Shown here: positions 49,708-59,640 of the stretch, piece by piece | Numbering within the stretch: position 1 is the first letter of the stretch | Layout: each line of letters begins with the position of its first letter | NCBI GenBank assembly: GCA_943350875.1 | Contig: CALRAL010000001.1 | Span: 165,017-229,016 of the forward strand | Reading direction: 5' to 3' | Length of the DNA: 64,000 nt | Source of the DNA: Candidatus Nomurabacteria bacterium | GTDB taxonomy: Bacteria > Patescibacteriota > Minisyncoccia > Phycocordibacterales > UBA9973 | Program-made: the position numbers and the translations under genes | The notes under the pieces: model-generated | What the model saw: only the letters and a program-made list of their open reading frames with translations | What the model was told of the DNA's origin: nothing | Database searches by the model: none

Positions 49708-50769
49708 ATGGAAAACATTGGATTCATAATAGTCGTGGTTTTAATAGGAGTAATTGCTTATCTTTTATTTGGTAAAAAAAAGAGTGACCCGTCTGTCAAC
49801 GAGGCAAGAGAAAATAATGTAGGTTTACAACTTATACTACAGCAATTAAACGAACTTTCTAGAACTGTTGATAATAAAATCGGTGAATCCCAAAAACAAG
49901 TAAATGAGAGTCTGCGCTACCATTCCACGGAATCAAATAAAATAATCCGTGAGATTACCGAGGAGCTTGTGCGGGTGTCTGAAGGCCAGAAGCAAGTCGT
50001 GGGCTTTGCGGACCAGCTCCAAGATTTGCAAAATATTTTGAAAAATCCAAAACAGCGTGGAATCCTCGGTGAATATTTTTTGGAGACAGTTCTGAAGAAC
50101 GTCTTGCCCGATGGGAGCTATCAGATGCAATACGAATTCCCTGACAAAACTATTGTGGATGCTGTGGTATTTGTAAAAGATAAAATAATCCCGATAGACT
50201 CCAAATTCTCCCTTGAAAACTATAACAAAATGGTAGAAGAAAATAATCCTGCTGAAAGAAAGAGACTGGAAACTATTTTTATAAATGACCTTAAAAATAG
50301 GATTACCGAAACTGCTAAATATGTGAAGCCTAACGAGGGCACTACGGACTTTGCCTTTATGTTCATCCCTCATGAAGCTATATATTATGATTTACTTGTA
50401 AATAAAATCGGCGGACTGAAAGATGAAGAGAATGAGAACCTCATTCAAAGAGCAGCAGGAAAATACAAAGTCATCATCACCTCGCCTACTTCATTTTTGG
50501 CATATTTACAAACTGTGCTCCAAGGATTGAAAGCCCTCAAAATAGAAGAATCAGCTAAAGAGATAATAAAGAGAGTGGGAGAATTAGGAAAACATTTGAA
50601 ATCCTACGATGAATACCATGGCAAACTCGGGAATGCACTTTCGACTGCATTTAATCATTATAATTTCTCTAGTAAAGAATTAAAAAAAATAGATAAAGAT
50701 ATCCTGCGCATTTCCGGCGTCTCGCCCGAGATTTTGGCTCTGTCTATAGATAAACCAAACGAAGAGTAA
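49708..50769 (+). CDS. rmuC: DNA recombination protein RmuC
   Basis: N-terminal TM, coiled coil, GEYFLETVL and DFAFMFIPHEAIY motifs of the RmuC family. Confidence 0.8.
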   Translation: MENIGFIIVVVLIGVIAYLLFGKKKSDPSVNEARENNVGLQLILQQLNELSRTVDNKIGESQKQVNESLRYHSTESNKIIREITEELVRVSEGQKQVVGFADQLQDLQNILKNPKQRGILGEYFLETVLKNVLPDGSYQMQYEFPDKTIVDAVVFVKDKIIPIDSKFSLENYNKMVEENNPAERKRLETIFINDLKNRITETAKYVKPNEGTTDFAFMFIPHEAIYYDLLVNKIGGLKDEENENLIQRAAGKYKVIITSPTSFLAYLQTVLQGLKALKIEESAKEIIKRVGELGKHLKSYDEYHGKLGNALSTAFNHYNFSSKELKKIDKDILRISGVSPEILALSIDKPNEE

Positions 50770-50770
50770 T

Positions 50771-50793
50771 CTGCAGAAGCCTTGCTTCTGCAG
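50771..50793 (+). terminator. Terminator hairpin CTGCAGAAGC-CTTG-CTTCTGCAG after rmuC
   Basis: 10-bp perfect stem; weak T-run. Confidence 0.45.
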
Positions 50794-50797
50794 ATAG

Positions 50798-50826
50798 TTG
50801 ACATTTTTGTGGTTTGGGTATATAAT
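50798..50826 (+). promoter_or_regulatory. Perfect sigma70-consensus promoter TTGACA-17 nt-TATAAT
   Basis: TTGACA 50798-50803, exact 17-nt spacer, TATAAT 50821-50826; about 60 nt upstream of ORF 50888. Confidence 0.6.
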
Positions 50827-50887
50827 GTAAGTAAATTAATTCATCTTGCTCTTTGCAAGAATTTCAAAAAAATAAATTTATTTTCAT

Positions 50888-51205
50888 ATGGAAAGAGAAA
50901 TTAATGTGACGATTGGAAAAACGTTACAAAAATTCAAACTTCTTGTTCTTTTTGATGAAAAACTCGAAGAGTGTTTTAAAAAAAAGAACATTAAAATTTC
51001 CCAAGATTCTACTTTTGGGAAAGCCTTACGAGGAAAAGTAGTCGGGGACATAGGGTCTTATGTCATCCGAAATGAAAACTTAGTGCAATTCCATGTAAGA
51101 GGAGTTGTAGAAACAAACAACAAAAATTCCAATTCAAAAACCATTGGGATTGGAAATTGTTTAGTGCAACACTCTTCAGTAGAAAGAGGCAGTTGGGATA
51201 ATTAA
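50888..51205 (+). CDS. Hypothetical protein (105 aa) driven by the consensus promoter
   Basis: Clean ORF between a consensus promoter and a terminator hairpin (TAGCGCAT...ATGCGCTA plus T-run at 51216-51250). Confidence 0.5.
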   Translation: MEREINVTIGKTLQKFKLLVLFDEKLEECFKKKNIKISQDSTFGKALRGKVVGDIGSYVIRNENLVQFHVRGVVETNNKNSNSKTIGIGNCLVQHSSVERGSWDN

Positions 51206-51283
51206 AAAGATTTTAGCGCATTTCTCAGGGGAGATGCGCTAATTTTTTTATTTTTTTCTTCAAAAATGCTATATTTTGTATAT

Positions 51284-51355
51284 GGCTCTATCGTCTAACG
51301 GTCAGGACACATCCTTCTCAAGGATGGAATCAGAGTTCGATTCTCTGTAGAGTCA
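51284..51355 (+). tRNA. tRNA-Glu (anticodon CTC)
   Basis: Acceptor GGCTCTA/TAGAGTC, anticodon arm CATCC-TTCTCAA-GGATG, T-arm CAGAG-TTCGATT-CTCTG. Confidence 0.8.
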
Positions 51356-51473
51356 CAAAAAAGAGAAAACCCTTATTTATAAGGCTTATTCGCTAAAAGC
51401 TTGCATTTTTTATATGGATATGGTATACTATACTATATACAGAGTTTTTCGTAAATAACAATATGTATCACAA

Positions 51474-51653
51474 ATGAAAGGAATTGATATGAATACTATC
51501 AATCCACCAGTGGTCACTGGATTAAAACCGACCAAAAAAGAGAAAGTGATAGGAATACTTTCTATCATTGGTATAATATTGATGTTTATCCTTTTATTTT
51601 GGAAAGCATCAATAGAAAATGTGCCAAACAGTACATGGCCATTCTCACATTAA
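51474..51653 (+). CDS. Small single-TM protein (59 aa)
   Basis: MKGIDMNTINPPVVTGLKPTKKEKVIGILSIIGIILMFILLFWKAS...; followed by a GC hairpin plus T-run. Confidence 0.3.
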   Translation: MKGIDMNTINPPVVTGLKPTKKEKVIGILSIIGIILMFILLFWKASIENVPNSTWPFSH

Positions 51654-51694
51654 AATTACGCCCGACTGTTAACCACACAGAAGGGCGTATTTTT

Positions 51695-53623
51695 TTATTT
51701 TTTTAAACCCCTCGTCAAAGCTTTTAGAATAATGTCAAGCTTCATTGTAGCCACGCCTACGACTGTATCTGCTCCGCCGTAATATATATAAACTAAATCA
51801 TTCTGCACTACCATCCCGCACGGGAAAACTACATTGTTCACAATTCCTACTTTTTCATATTGTTCTTTTGGCTCAAATATCGCATCAGTAGAACGAGCGA
51901 GGACTATCGCTGGATCTTTCAGATCAAGTAAAACTACCCCCACCCGATAAGTGTTATGACTCTTTGAAACTCCATGATAAATAAGAAGCCAGCCGTATTT
52001 TGTTTTTATAGGAGGAGCAGAAATACCGACTTTTGCACTATCCCACGTATTTGTCCTAGCGCCTATTATTCTGATACACCTCTTCACTGTTTCCTTTTTG
52101 AAATCAAGAGATTTAAAATAATCTGCGCAAATCTGATCCCCTACCCGATGCAAAATACAGTACTGTCCTTTTATTTTCTCTGGAAAAATACAAGTATCTT
52201 TGTCATCAAACCCAGCCGGAGTGATGAGAATAGGCTTCTCCCATTTCCAATTTTTATCCAAAAAATTTTTTTCTTTGACAGAGGTAATGGCAACTCTAGG
52301 AGGACCAATGCCATCAAAAGCGGTATAACACATGTAGATAGTGTTCCCTATCTTGGTCAAACGCGGATCTTCACAACCAGAACTTCCCCCCACTACTTTC
52401 TTTGATTCAAAATCCTCTCTCGGACTATAAATCGGTATAGAAAGTCTTTCTAAAATATTCACTCCATCTTTGGTCGAAGCATAACCAATAGATGAAGTAT
52501 TGTCTTCCGAAAGCGCCCTGTATAAAATGTGTATTGTATTTCTGATACGAAGCGCGCTTGGATTAAAAGCTGCTTTTGCTTCAAAAGAATTATTTTTATT
52601 AGGCAAAATTATAGGATTCTTTGGTGAACGTTTAAAATGCCAATCTGCACTTTTGTCTTTATGAATAGTTGATATTAAATCAGTCAGATTCACATAAGCC
52701 ATACACCCAGTTGTATCAGAAGCGCCATAATAAATATGAAGTGTATCCTTTTTAAGGATTGCTCCCGAAGGAAAAACAATATTTGGTACATAGCCTGAAA
52801 GCTCATACGGCTCGCTCGGCACTAATAAAGGCCCATAAGTGCGACCGATTATCTTGAATGGATTATTTGGATCTAGAAGTATCGCTTCAATTCCAAAAAT
52901 CTTGTCTAAATTGCTTCCAGGAAAATAATTCTGGATATGAGAATAAATGAGTAGCCAACCGTATTTTGTTTTTATCGGTGTAGCGCCAACTTCAATATGA
53001 TCATATTGATTCCTTTTTAAATCAATAATATGTTTATCTAATTCTTTATACCATTTATCCCAAAACTTTTGATCCCATAATTCTTCTATCTTATCCACTT
53101 GGGCTATGGCTATTTTGGCTGGAGGCATATCTGTATTTACAGCTAGTATGACCGTGATCTTGCCATCTACCCGTTGTGGAAAAAGAGTCATCGCTTTAGC
53201 ATTAAATGGAGTCACTAAATACTTTTCTTTCACCTTTTTTAAATCTTTTGAAATTGCCAAACCGACTTTTATACCACTTGCTTCAAATGGATACTTCGAA
53301 AGCGCTGTGTAAAAAACATAATAATGTCCTTCAAAATAAGTGACCCGAGGATCTTCACAACCATATTTATCCCATTCCTCTGTGGGAGTGATAAAAGGCA
53401 TTCGATCTTCGAAATGAATTCCATCTTTGCTTTTCCCTATGCCTATTACTGAGATATTTTTCTCTTGCTCCATTTCATCTCTGGCAGAAATAGCGCGATA
53501 AAATCCGAAAAAAGTGGCACCTTTCTTTATCACACTCATATTAAAAGTGGCAAATGCTTCCCAGTAATGGTTCCTATCTGGGACAAGTATTGGATTGTGC
53601 TCTGATCTTTTTACTACAAACAT
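51695..53623 (-). CDS. Tandem double-domain GH130-family glycoside phosphorylase/glycosidase
   Basis: Two repeats of the GH130 pattern (NPIL.P, WE..A.FNPS, ...YRA.., SKDG..F, GCEDPR, YY.G.AD). Confidence 0.6.
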   Translation of the reverse strand: MFVVKRSEHNPILVPDRNHYWEAFATFNMSVIKKGATFFGFYRAISARDEMEQEKNISVIGIGKSKDGIHFEDRMPFITPTEEWDKYGCEDPRVTYFEGHYYVFYTALSKYPFEASGIKVGLAISKDLKKVKEKYLVTPFNAKAMTLFPQRVDGKITVILAVNTDMPPAKIAIAQVDKIEELWDQKFWDKWYKELDKHIIDLKRNQYDHIEVGATPIKTKYGWLLIYSHIQNYFPGSNLDKIFGIEAILLDPNNPFKIIGRTYGPLLVPSEPYELSGYVPNIVFPSGAILKKDTLHIYYGASDTTGCMAYVNLTDLISTIHKDKSADWHFKRSPKNPIILPNKNNSFEAKAAFNPSALRIRNTIHILYRALSEDNTSSIGYASTKDGVNILERLSIPIYSPREDFESKKVVGGSSGCEDPRLTKIGNTIYMCYTAFDGIGPPRVAITSVKEKNFLDKNWKWEKPILITPAGFDDKDTCIFPEKIKGQYCILHRVGDQICADYFKSLDFKKETVKRCIRIIGARTNTWDSAKVGISAPPIKTKYGWLLIYHGVSKSHNTYRVGVVLLDLKDPAIVLARSTDAIFEPKEQYEKVGIVNNVVFPCGMVVQNDLVYIYYGGADTVVGVATMKLDIILKALTRGLKK

Positions 53624-53627
53624 AAAA

Positions 53628-54782
53628 TTAAACTCCTACCACAGATTTTTTAGAAAGCACTGCGTTGCCTTTTGTTTTTAATTTATGAATAAAATCTTCT
53701 AAGTCTGCAGCAGCGACAGCGATATGTTTATCTCCTCCTCCATAATAAAGGAACAAGGTTTCATCCCCGTCTTGCATCGAGGTAGGTTTTATTACTGCTC
53801 CGCTCACATACACTATCCCTGGTTTCCAATCGTTCTCATACCATTCATCTGGTTCTAAAACCGGATGGATTGCTCGATAGAGGACTTTTGTAGGATCTTT
53901 TAAATCCAGTAAAAGAGCTCCGACTTTATATCGATTCGGATCATCTTTGTCCATCGCATGATAGAAAAGTAGCCAGCCGTCTTTGATCTTTATGGGAGGA
54001 GCGGCAGCACTACGAGTGCGATTGTGCCAAGCAACTATGTGGTCAGGTAAAGTATGTGGATCGGGTGCATCTGCTTGTGTAGGAGCTTCTGACATATCAA
54101 GCTTATTCATAAAGGCAATATGCACCCTAGATGCATCCCCTTTGTCTAGATTATGAAAAACAGCAAATTTACCGTTTATTTTTTCTGGAAACAAAACCCA
54201 ATTCTTCTGTCTGTCTCCTGGACGAGAAAGATAAGTAAATTTACTCCAATCCCATATATTATTCTTTATATTTTCTGCTTTAATAGAAGTGACAGCGACT
54301 CGCATAGAATTCCAACCATTAAACATATTAAATGTCATATACGCATGATCATCTATTTTCACTACTCTCGGATCTTCACATCCACCCCATCCACCTCCTG
54401 AAGCATAAAGACTGGTGTTATAGACTAAACGAGCTGGAGAAGTATAAGAGTAATGCTTAGTCGCCTCCCACCTTTCTTCCGCAGAATAAACCGGGAATGG
54501 TGATCTATCGTGGAAATGTACACCGTCTTTACTTGAAATATGTCCTACCCGTGACACTCCATCATTCCCCAAGGCTCGATAAAAAAGGTGCACCCGTCCA
54601 TCATAAAATAAAGCTCCGGGATTAAAAACAGCTTGATTCTCCCAAGATGAACTTTGAAGTGGTTCTATTATTGGATTCTCTTTAGACTTTTTAACCAAAG
54701 ATGAAACTTTCTTCTTTACTGTTCTTTTTTTAAGAACTTTCTTTTTTATTATTTTTTTCTTTTTAAGCGCGGCCATATTCAT
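53628..54782 (-). CDS. GH130-family glycoside phosphorylase/glycosidase with Lys-rich N-terminal tail
   Basis: NPIIEP...WENQAVFNPGALFYDGRVHLFYRALG...SKDGVHFHDR...GGCEDPRV; N-term MNMAALKKKKIIKKKVLKKRTVKKKV. Confidence 0.6.
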   Translation of the reverse strand: MNMAALKKKKIIKKKVLKKRTVKKKVSSLVKKSKENPIIEPLQSSSWENQAVFNPGALFYDGRVHLFYRALGNDGVSRVGHISSKDGVHFHDRSPFPVYSAEERWEATKHYSYTSPARLVYNTSLYASGGGWGGCEDPRVVKIDDHAYMTFNMFNGWNSMRVAVTSIKAENIKNNIWDWSKFTYLSRPGDRQKNWVLFPEKINGKFAVFHNLDKGDASRVHIAFMNKLDMSEAPTQADAPDPHTLPDHIVAWHNRTRSAAAPPIKIKDGWLLFYHAMDKDDPNRYKVGALLLDLKDPTKVLYRAIHPVLEPDEWYENDWKPGIVYVSGAVIKPTSMQDGDETLFLYYGGGDKHIAVAAADLEDFIHKLKTKGNAVLSKKSVVGV

Positions 54783-55104
54783 CTTTTATCCTAATAATAT
54801 CGTTCTCGTCAAAATCCCCTTCTGCTATCTCTAGTACTTGCACAGTATCATTTTTAGCTCCTAATCTATGTGGTTCTAATTTATTTATGAAAAACTCATC
54901 CCCGGGAGACGCATCTATAGTTTTATCTCCAATAGTCACCAACGGATGCCCAGAAAGCACTCGCCAGAATTCTGTACGATTATTGTGATATTGCAAGCTG
55001 AGCGAACTATTTGGATTCACCGTAATTATTTTGACAGTGGATATCTCATTGTGAGTAAATTGCTCAAATTCTCCCCATGGCTTTTTCACGGTAAGTATTT
55101 TCAT
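54763..55104 (-). CDS. Cupin-2 protein (type-II mannose-6-phosphate isomerase-like barrel)
   Basis: ...LSLQYHNNRTEFWRVLSGHPLVTIGDKTI..GDEFFINKLEPHRL cupin motifs. Confidence 0.55.
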   Translation of the reverse strand: MKILTVKKPWGEFEQFTHNEISTVKIITVNPNSSLSLQYHNNRTEFWRVLSGHPLVTIGDKTIDASPGDEFFINKLEPHRLGAKNDTVQVLEIAEGDFDENDIIRIKDEYGRA

Positions 55105-55169
55105 ATTATTTAAAATAAATAATACCCTCCTAATTATATAACTAAACTATTTCTAAGCCAATACATAAA

Positions 55170-55925
55170 TTACTTAAAAGATAATATCTTCTGCATCAAC
55201 ATATCAGCCGGTAGATATTTACCTAAAAGTGGCACGTAAAACTTGCCATTTACCCTATCTTTATCAGCTGATATAGGTATTCCAGCCTCCCCTAAAAGCT
55301 CAAGATCATTGTAATTATCCCCAATAGCCATGACATTTTCTTTCTTTAATTTAAATATCTTCATCGCGCATTTTAACCCAAAAGCTTTAGTTTGATTCCT
55401 CTTTATCCCTATATCGTACGCTTCACCATTCCAAACAGTATAAAGTCTGTCCTCTTTTTTTACTAAATTCTCTATCTCTTGCACCATCTTTTTGCAATGG
55501 ATAGTGATGATGAATTCTTTTGGTTCAAAACCTTTCACATCTTTATTTTTTGCTGTCACCTTTTTCAACTTTGGAAAAATATCTTGCATATATTCAAAAC
55601 TATTTATATGCTGATATATCTTGCCTTTGTACCAAGTCGCACTGCCGTTCTCATATGTCAAACTAACAAAAGGCAATATCTCACGAAACATCTCTTGCAA
55701 CATATAGAGCCCTCGCCCAGAACTTATATTCACCAGAAAACCTTTTTTATTTAATTCTTCGATTTGTCTTATTTGCTTTTCATTTATTACTTTTGTCTCT
55801 AAAGTCGTCGTATTGCCTACTTGTTTTATTTTTGTCCCTCTCGGCACTAGCACTCCATCCACATCAAAAACAATCATTTTGATTTTATTTATATCGCTCG
55901 GCAACATTTCATTTAATAGTTTCAT
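55170..55925 (-). CDS. HAD-IIB (Cof-type) sugar-phosphate phosphatase
   Basis: Motif I MIVFDVDGVLV, motif IV GDNYNDLELL. Confidence 0.7.
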   Translation of the reverse strand: MKLLNEMLPSDINKIKMIVFDVDGVLVPRGTKIKQVGNTTTLETKVINEKQIRQIEELNKKGFLVNISSGRGLYMLQEMFREILPFVSLTYENGSATWYKGKIYQHINSFEYMQDIFPKLKKVTAKNKDVKGFEPKEFIITIHCKKMVQEIENLVKKEDRLYTVWNGEAYDIGIKRNQTKAFGLKCAMKIFKLKKENVMAIGDNYNDLELLGEAGIPISADKDRVNGKFYVPLLGKYLPADMLMQKILSFK

Positions 55926-56006
55926 CTTTCTATTATACCACTTATTTCTTTTTATTCCTTATAAAAAAAATCATAATTACCTTTGGAGTAATTATGATTT
56001 TTCATT

Positions 56007-56038
56007 TTTTATCATTAATAATTAATTATTAATGATAA
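56007..56038. repeat. Perfect 32-nt AT palindrome TTTATCATTAATAATTAATTATTAATGATAAA
   Basis: Exact reverse-complement symmetry; between the HAD gene start and murF. Confidence 0.5.
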
Positions 56039-56208
56039 AACAAACAAAACTATGCCTACGTAGATTGGAATCCAAGCAATTGCCGGAATTTTATCTTCGT
56101 AGACTATTTTTATAGTATTCATATAAAATACGATTTAATTTTAAAAAATCCCTTGTACTTATAAAAACAAAAAACAAGGCTTACTTCATTTTTAATATAA
56201 CACAATTT

Positions 56209-57564
56209 CTATTCTTTCACAATCCATTCAAGTTCTTGCCTGACGAGGAGATTTTTCTTATTTGCTTGATCTTGTAAGATAGCTTCTACTGCCCGTTCCA
56301 TTCGCATACCTTGCGAACCTTTAATGAGGACTATATCGTTTGTATTTACGAAAGTTTTCAAAAATTCTCCAGCTTCACGTGAATCTGAAAACTCAAATAT
56401 TTTTTGATTATCCATATTTGCTTCAATAGCACCATCTTTTATAGATTTAGCCCTTTGACCCACAACTATTAAAACATTTGCGTTTTCTTTAGCAATTTTC
56501 CCGACATTTTCATGCGCTTCTTTTGTATGTTTGCCTAATTCAAGCATATCACCTAAAACTGTAATTTTCCTGCCCGCCTGCGCTGGCAGGCCATTTTGTT
56601 TTATTCCCCCCAAAGTTTTTAAAGCTGACTCTGACGCAAAAGGGGAAGAATTGTAAGTATCATCTATAATAAGTGAATTATTTATCCCTTTTAACAACCG
56701 CATACGCCCCGCTGGGACATCATAATTCTTGAGTGCATTTATTGCTTCAAGCATATTCCACTTTAAACCAAAGGACAATGCTAAAGAGGCAAGAGAAGCA
56801 TAAATATGATTCCTGCCAAAAACTCCTTCGATAACCACAGGCAAACTACTCCCTCCCGCATCGATCCTGAATGTCACTCCTTTTGGTTCACCTGCCTGCC
56901 CTGCATGCGCAGGCATAGCAGGCAGACCCTTGTCATCATAAAATATTGCATCACCACTAGCTAAAATATCAGAATCTGAATTAAAACCGTAAGTAATGAC
57001 TATATTCTTGGTTTTATTTTTCATATCAGAAACTGCTTCATCATCATTATTTAAAATTAAAATTCCATCTTTTTTGAGAGTTTTAATCAAACTGGCTTTC
57101 TCATCTATCAAATGTTTTCGTGAATTAAAAAATTCTATATGCGCTGGAGTTTCCCCTATGGCTGTGATTATCACTGCATCAGTTTTAAGCCATGAAGCAG
57201 TTTTCTTCATATCACCAGGCTTACCTATCCCTACTTCCAAGACCAACCAATTTGGATATTTGTGTGACCATATCAAGAGCCATATACCTCGCCCTATATT
57301 TTGAAGCCAAGATAATGGGTTGTTCCAACCATTTGAAACACCTAAAATAGTAAGTGGTAAACCTATTTCACTATTAAAACTCTTCTCACTTTTCCTAACA
57401 TAGGCAAATTTTGACAAGACGGCATACACAGCATCTTTGGTAGAAGTCTTGCCTACAGATCCAGTAATAGCGATAACTTTTGGTTTATATTTCAATAATA
57501 CGAACTTGGATAAAATACGTAAAATATAAACTATAGCTTTTTTAAAAAATGATTTCATATTCAA
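56209..57564 (-). CDS. murF: UDP-MurNAc-tripeptide--D-Ala-D-Ala ligase
   Basis: Mur ligase P-loop AITGSVGKTSTKD; dcw-cluster position; two in-frame GC palindromes (GLPAQAGRK and GLPAMPAHAGQAGEPKG). Confidence 0.8.
   Translation of the reverse strand: MNMKSFFKKAIVYILRILSKFVLLKYKPKVIAITGSVGKTSTKDAVYAVLSKFAYVRKSEKSFNSEIGLPLTILGVSNGWNNPLSWLQNIGRGIWLLIWSHKYPNWLVLEVGIGKPGDMKKTASWLKTDAVIITAIGETPAHIEFFNSRKHLIDEKASLIKTLKKDGILILNNDDEAVSDMKNKTKNIVITYGFNSDSDILASGDAIFYDDKGLPAMPAHAGQAGEPKGVTFRIDAGGSSLPVVIEGVFGRNHIYASLASLALSFGLKWNMLEAINALKNYDVPAGRMRLLKGINNSLIIDDTYNSSPFASESALKTLGGIKQNGLPAQAGRKITVLGDMLELGKHTKEAHENVGKIAKENANVLIVVGQRAKSIKDGAIEANMDNQKIFEFSDSREAGEFLKTFVNTNDIVLIKGSQGMRMERAVEAILQDQANKKNLLVRQELEWIVKE
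56569..56590. repeat. GC-rich palindrome CCTGCCCGCCTGCGCTGGCAGG inside murF
   Basis: Seen directly; a second one at 56891-56928 (CCTGCCTGCCCTGCATGCGCAGGCATAGCAGGCAGACC). Confidence 0.5.
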
Positions 57565-59279
57565 CGGTCTGGTGGAATCTCGTAATAATTAATCAAGAAT
57601 TTAGTAATATCTAAAAATGGATCCGCCCAAGTCTGTGATGCATAAGGCACGCCTTTTGGATTCACAGCGTAAAGAAAAATGATAAATTTCGGATCATACG
57701 CAGGAAAATATCCAAAGAAAGAATGTGTATGCCTATCTTCATAATATCCCCCATCTTTTGGATTCGCAACTTGTGCCGTACCTGTTTTTACTGCCACACT
57801 GTAATGATCGAATTTAGCCAGTCCACCTTTGAGTGATTTATCCATCACCGTCACCAACATATTTGTAATCTCTTCTGATGTAGCAGGTGTTATCTTGGTA
57901 GGGATAATTGGGTAATTTATTTCTTTTTTTATACCATCATCATATTTGATTGATTTTACAAGATGTGGAGTGACTAAATTCCCACCATTTGAAAGTGAAG
58001 CTAAAGCGCGAATCATCTCGACTGGAGTAAGAGCTATACCTTGTCCAAAAGAAGCGTTAGCATATTCTATCTCGCGAGGACTGTTCAAGTTGGAAACTAA
58101 ACCACTCGTTTCGTTTGGCAGGTCAATTTCTGTTTTGTTCTTTATACCATAACCGAGTAAATAATCCCGTAATTTTTCCTTGCCCAAATATTGCTCTACA
58201 AACACCATCCCAGTATTTAAAGATTGATTCAAAACTTCTTGCATACTTGTGTTTGGACCTCTCCCTTTTTTGTCGAAATTAAATATCTCATGTTTTTCAA
58301 TAATAACAGAACCTTTGTCGTCATAAGTAGTCTGTGGGGTCAGTACTTTAGCATCGAGAGCAGCAGCCATCACGAGAGGCTTCACCACCGAGCCAAATTC
58401 CAAAACATTCTCCACTAATGGATTAGAAAAAGTGGAAGTTTTTTCTTTTGAAAAATCATTCAGGTTAAAATCAGGTTTTACTCCGAGCGCATATATAGAC
58501 CCGTCTTTAGGATTCATTATTATCCCACCGACAGAATCCACATTGTATTTATCTTTCACTTCATTTATTTTCTTTTCCAAAAAGCTCTGCATTTGCGGTT
58601 CGACAGTTGTCACTAAATTGCCCCCTTCTTCCTCGCCGTTAAATAATGTTTTACTTATATCAGAAAAAACTTCCGCAAAGAAATTCACATATACGCTACT
58701 CTTGTCCCGTGTTAAGTCCTTCTCATATTGTCTTTCTAACCCATATCGTCCAGCTAGCACGTCACCATTGTACCCGACAAAACCGATAGCGTGCGAAGCC
58801 AGATTCCCGCCTGGATAAAAACGCCATTTTTCTTTTGAAATAGACACTCCAGAGATTTTTAAGATAGAGATAGCATCGGCTTCTTCTTTGGTTAATCTAT
58901 CAGCAACTTCTTCGTAAGGATCTGCTGTTTTTTCTGCTTTGGCAATAAATTTATCATGGTCTAAGGGCAATATACTAGAGAGTTTTGTATAAACATCTTC
59001 TTTGTCTATTATTTTGCTTGGATTAATAGCGAGTTTAAAACCCGTGGCTTGAAGCGCAGAAGATACCAATCCACCATCTTTTTTTTGAAAGAAAATACTT
59101 CCCCGCTCAAAGATATCGGACGAGGAAGATACATATTGATGGTCAGCTTTTTCTAAATATGAATTATTGTTTATAATTTGCAGAGAAAAAAGTTTTCCCG
59201 CAAACACAAAAGCTATTATTAAAATAAAAAGAAATAAAACTTTGGTTCGAAAAACAAAACTATATTTCATTTTTAGCAA
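57561..59279 (-). CDS. ftsI: Division-specific class B PBP (FtsI/PBP3-like transpeptidase)
   Basis: SVVKP (SxxK), SxN-like, KTGTAQ; located ftsL-ftsI-murF. Confidence 0.8.
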   Translation of the reverse strand: MLKMKYSFVFRTKVLFLFILIIAFVFAGKLFSLQIINNNSYLEKADHQYVSSSSDIFERGSIFFQKKDGGLVSSALQATGFKLAINPSKIIDKEDVYTKLSSILPLDHDKFIAKAEKTADPYEEVADRLTKEEADAISILKISGVSISKEKWRFYPGGNLASHAIGFVGYNGDVLAGRYGLERQYEKDLTRDKSSVYVNFFAEVFSDISKTLFNGEEEGGNLVTTVEPQMQSFLEKKINEVKDKYNVDSVGGIIMNPKDGSIYALGVKPDFNLNDFSKEKTSTFSNPLVENVLEFGSVVKPLVMAAALDAKVLTPQTTYDDKGSVIIEKHEIFNFDKKGRGPNTSMQEVLNQSLNTGMVFVEQYLGKEKLRDYLLGYGIKNKTEIDLPNETSGLVSNLNSPREIEYANASFGQGIALTPVEMIRALASLSNGGNLVTPHLVKSIKYDDGIKKEINYPIIPTKITPATSEEITNMLVTVMDKSLKGGLAKFDHYSVAVKTGTAQVANPKDGGYYEDRHTHSFFGYFPAYDPKFIIFLYAVNPKGVPYASQTWADPFLDITKFLINYYEIPPDR

Positions 59280-59640
59280 TTTTTATATTACCAAAAGGAT
59301 CATTCCCCATTTTGAGGCCAACAGACTTTTTTGTAGCAAATGTCGTCTTTATCTCTTTAAAACCAAGTGCATATGAAGTAGGAAGATCTACCTTACTAGA
59401 TAATGACAAATAATTGAGCTCTAAATCCCCGACTTCGTTTGAAAGAGCTCTGGCTTGTGTCTCAAAAGTCCTTCTTTCTACTATGTTAAAGACCATATTT
59501 GCAAGGATGACTACATATACAAGACCCAAAACACCCATAGATAGAAGCATAAAACGAAACATCTTCTCCCTGAGATGAGTATCATTCATCACATCTATAT
59601 TCCCAGCATAATTCTTTATTTTTAAACTTATTTGTTTCAT
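59260..59640 (-). CDS. ftsL: FtsL-like small bitopic division protein
   Basis: 126 aa, single TM (FMLLSMGVLGLVYVVILANMVF) then a coiled coil; position between rsmH and ftsI. Confidence 0.45.
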   Translation of the reverse strand: MKQISLKIKNYAGNIDVMNDTHLREKMFRFMLLSMGVLGLVYVVILANMVFNIVERRTFETQARALSNEVGDLELNYLSLSSKVDLPTSYALGFKEIKTTFATKKSVGLKMGNDPFGNIKIAKNEI

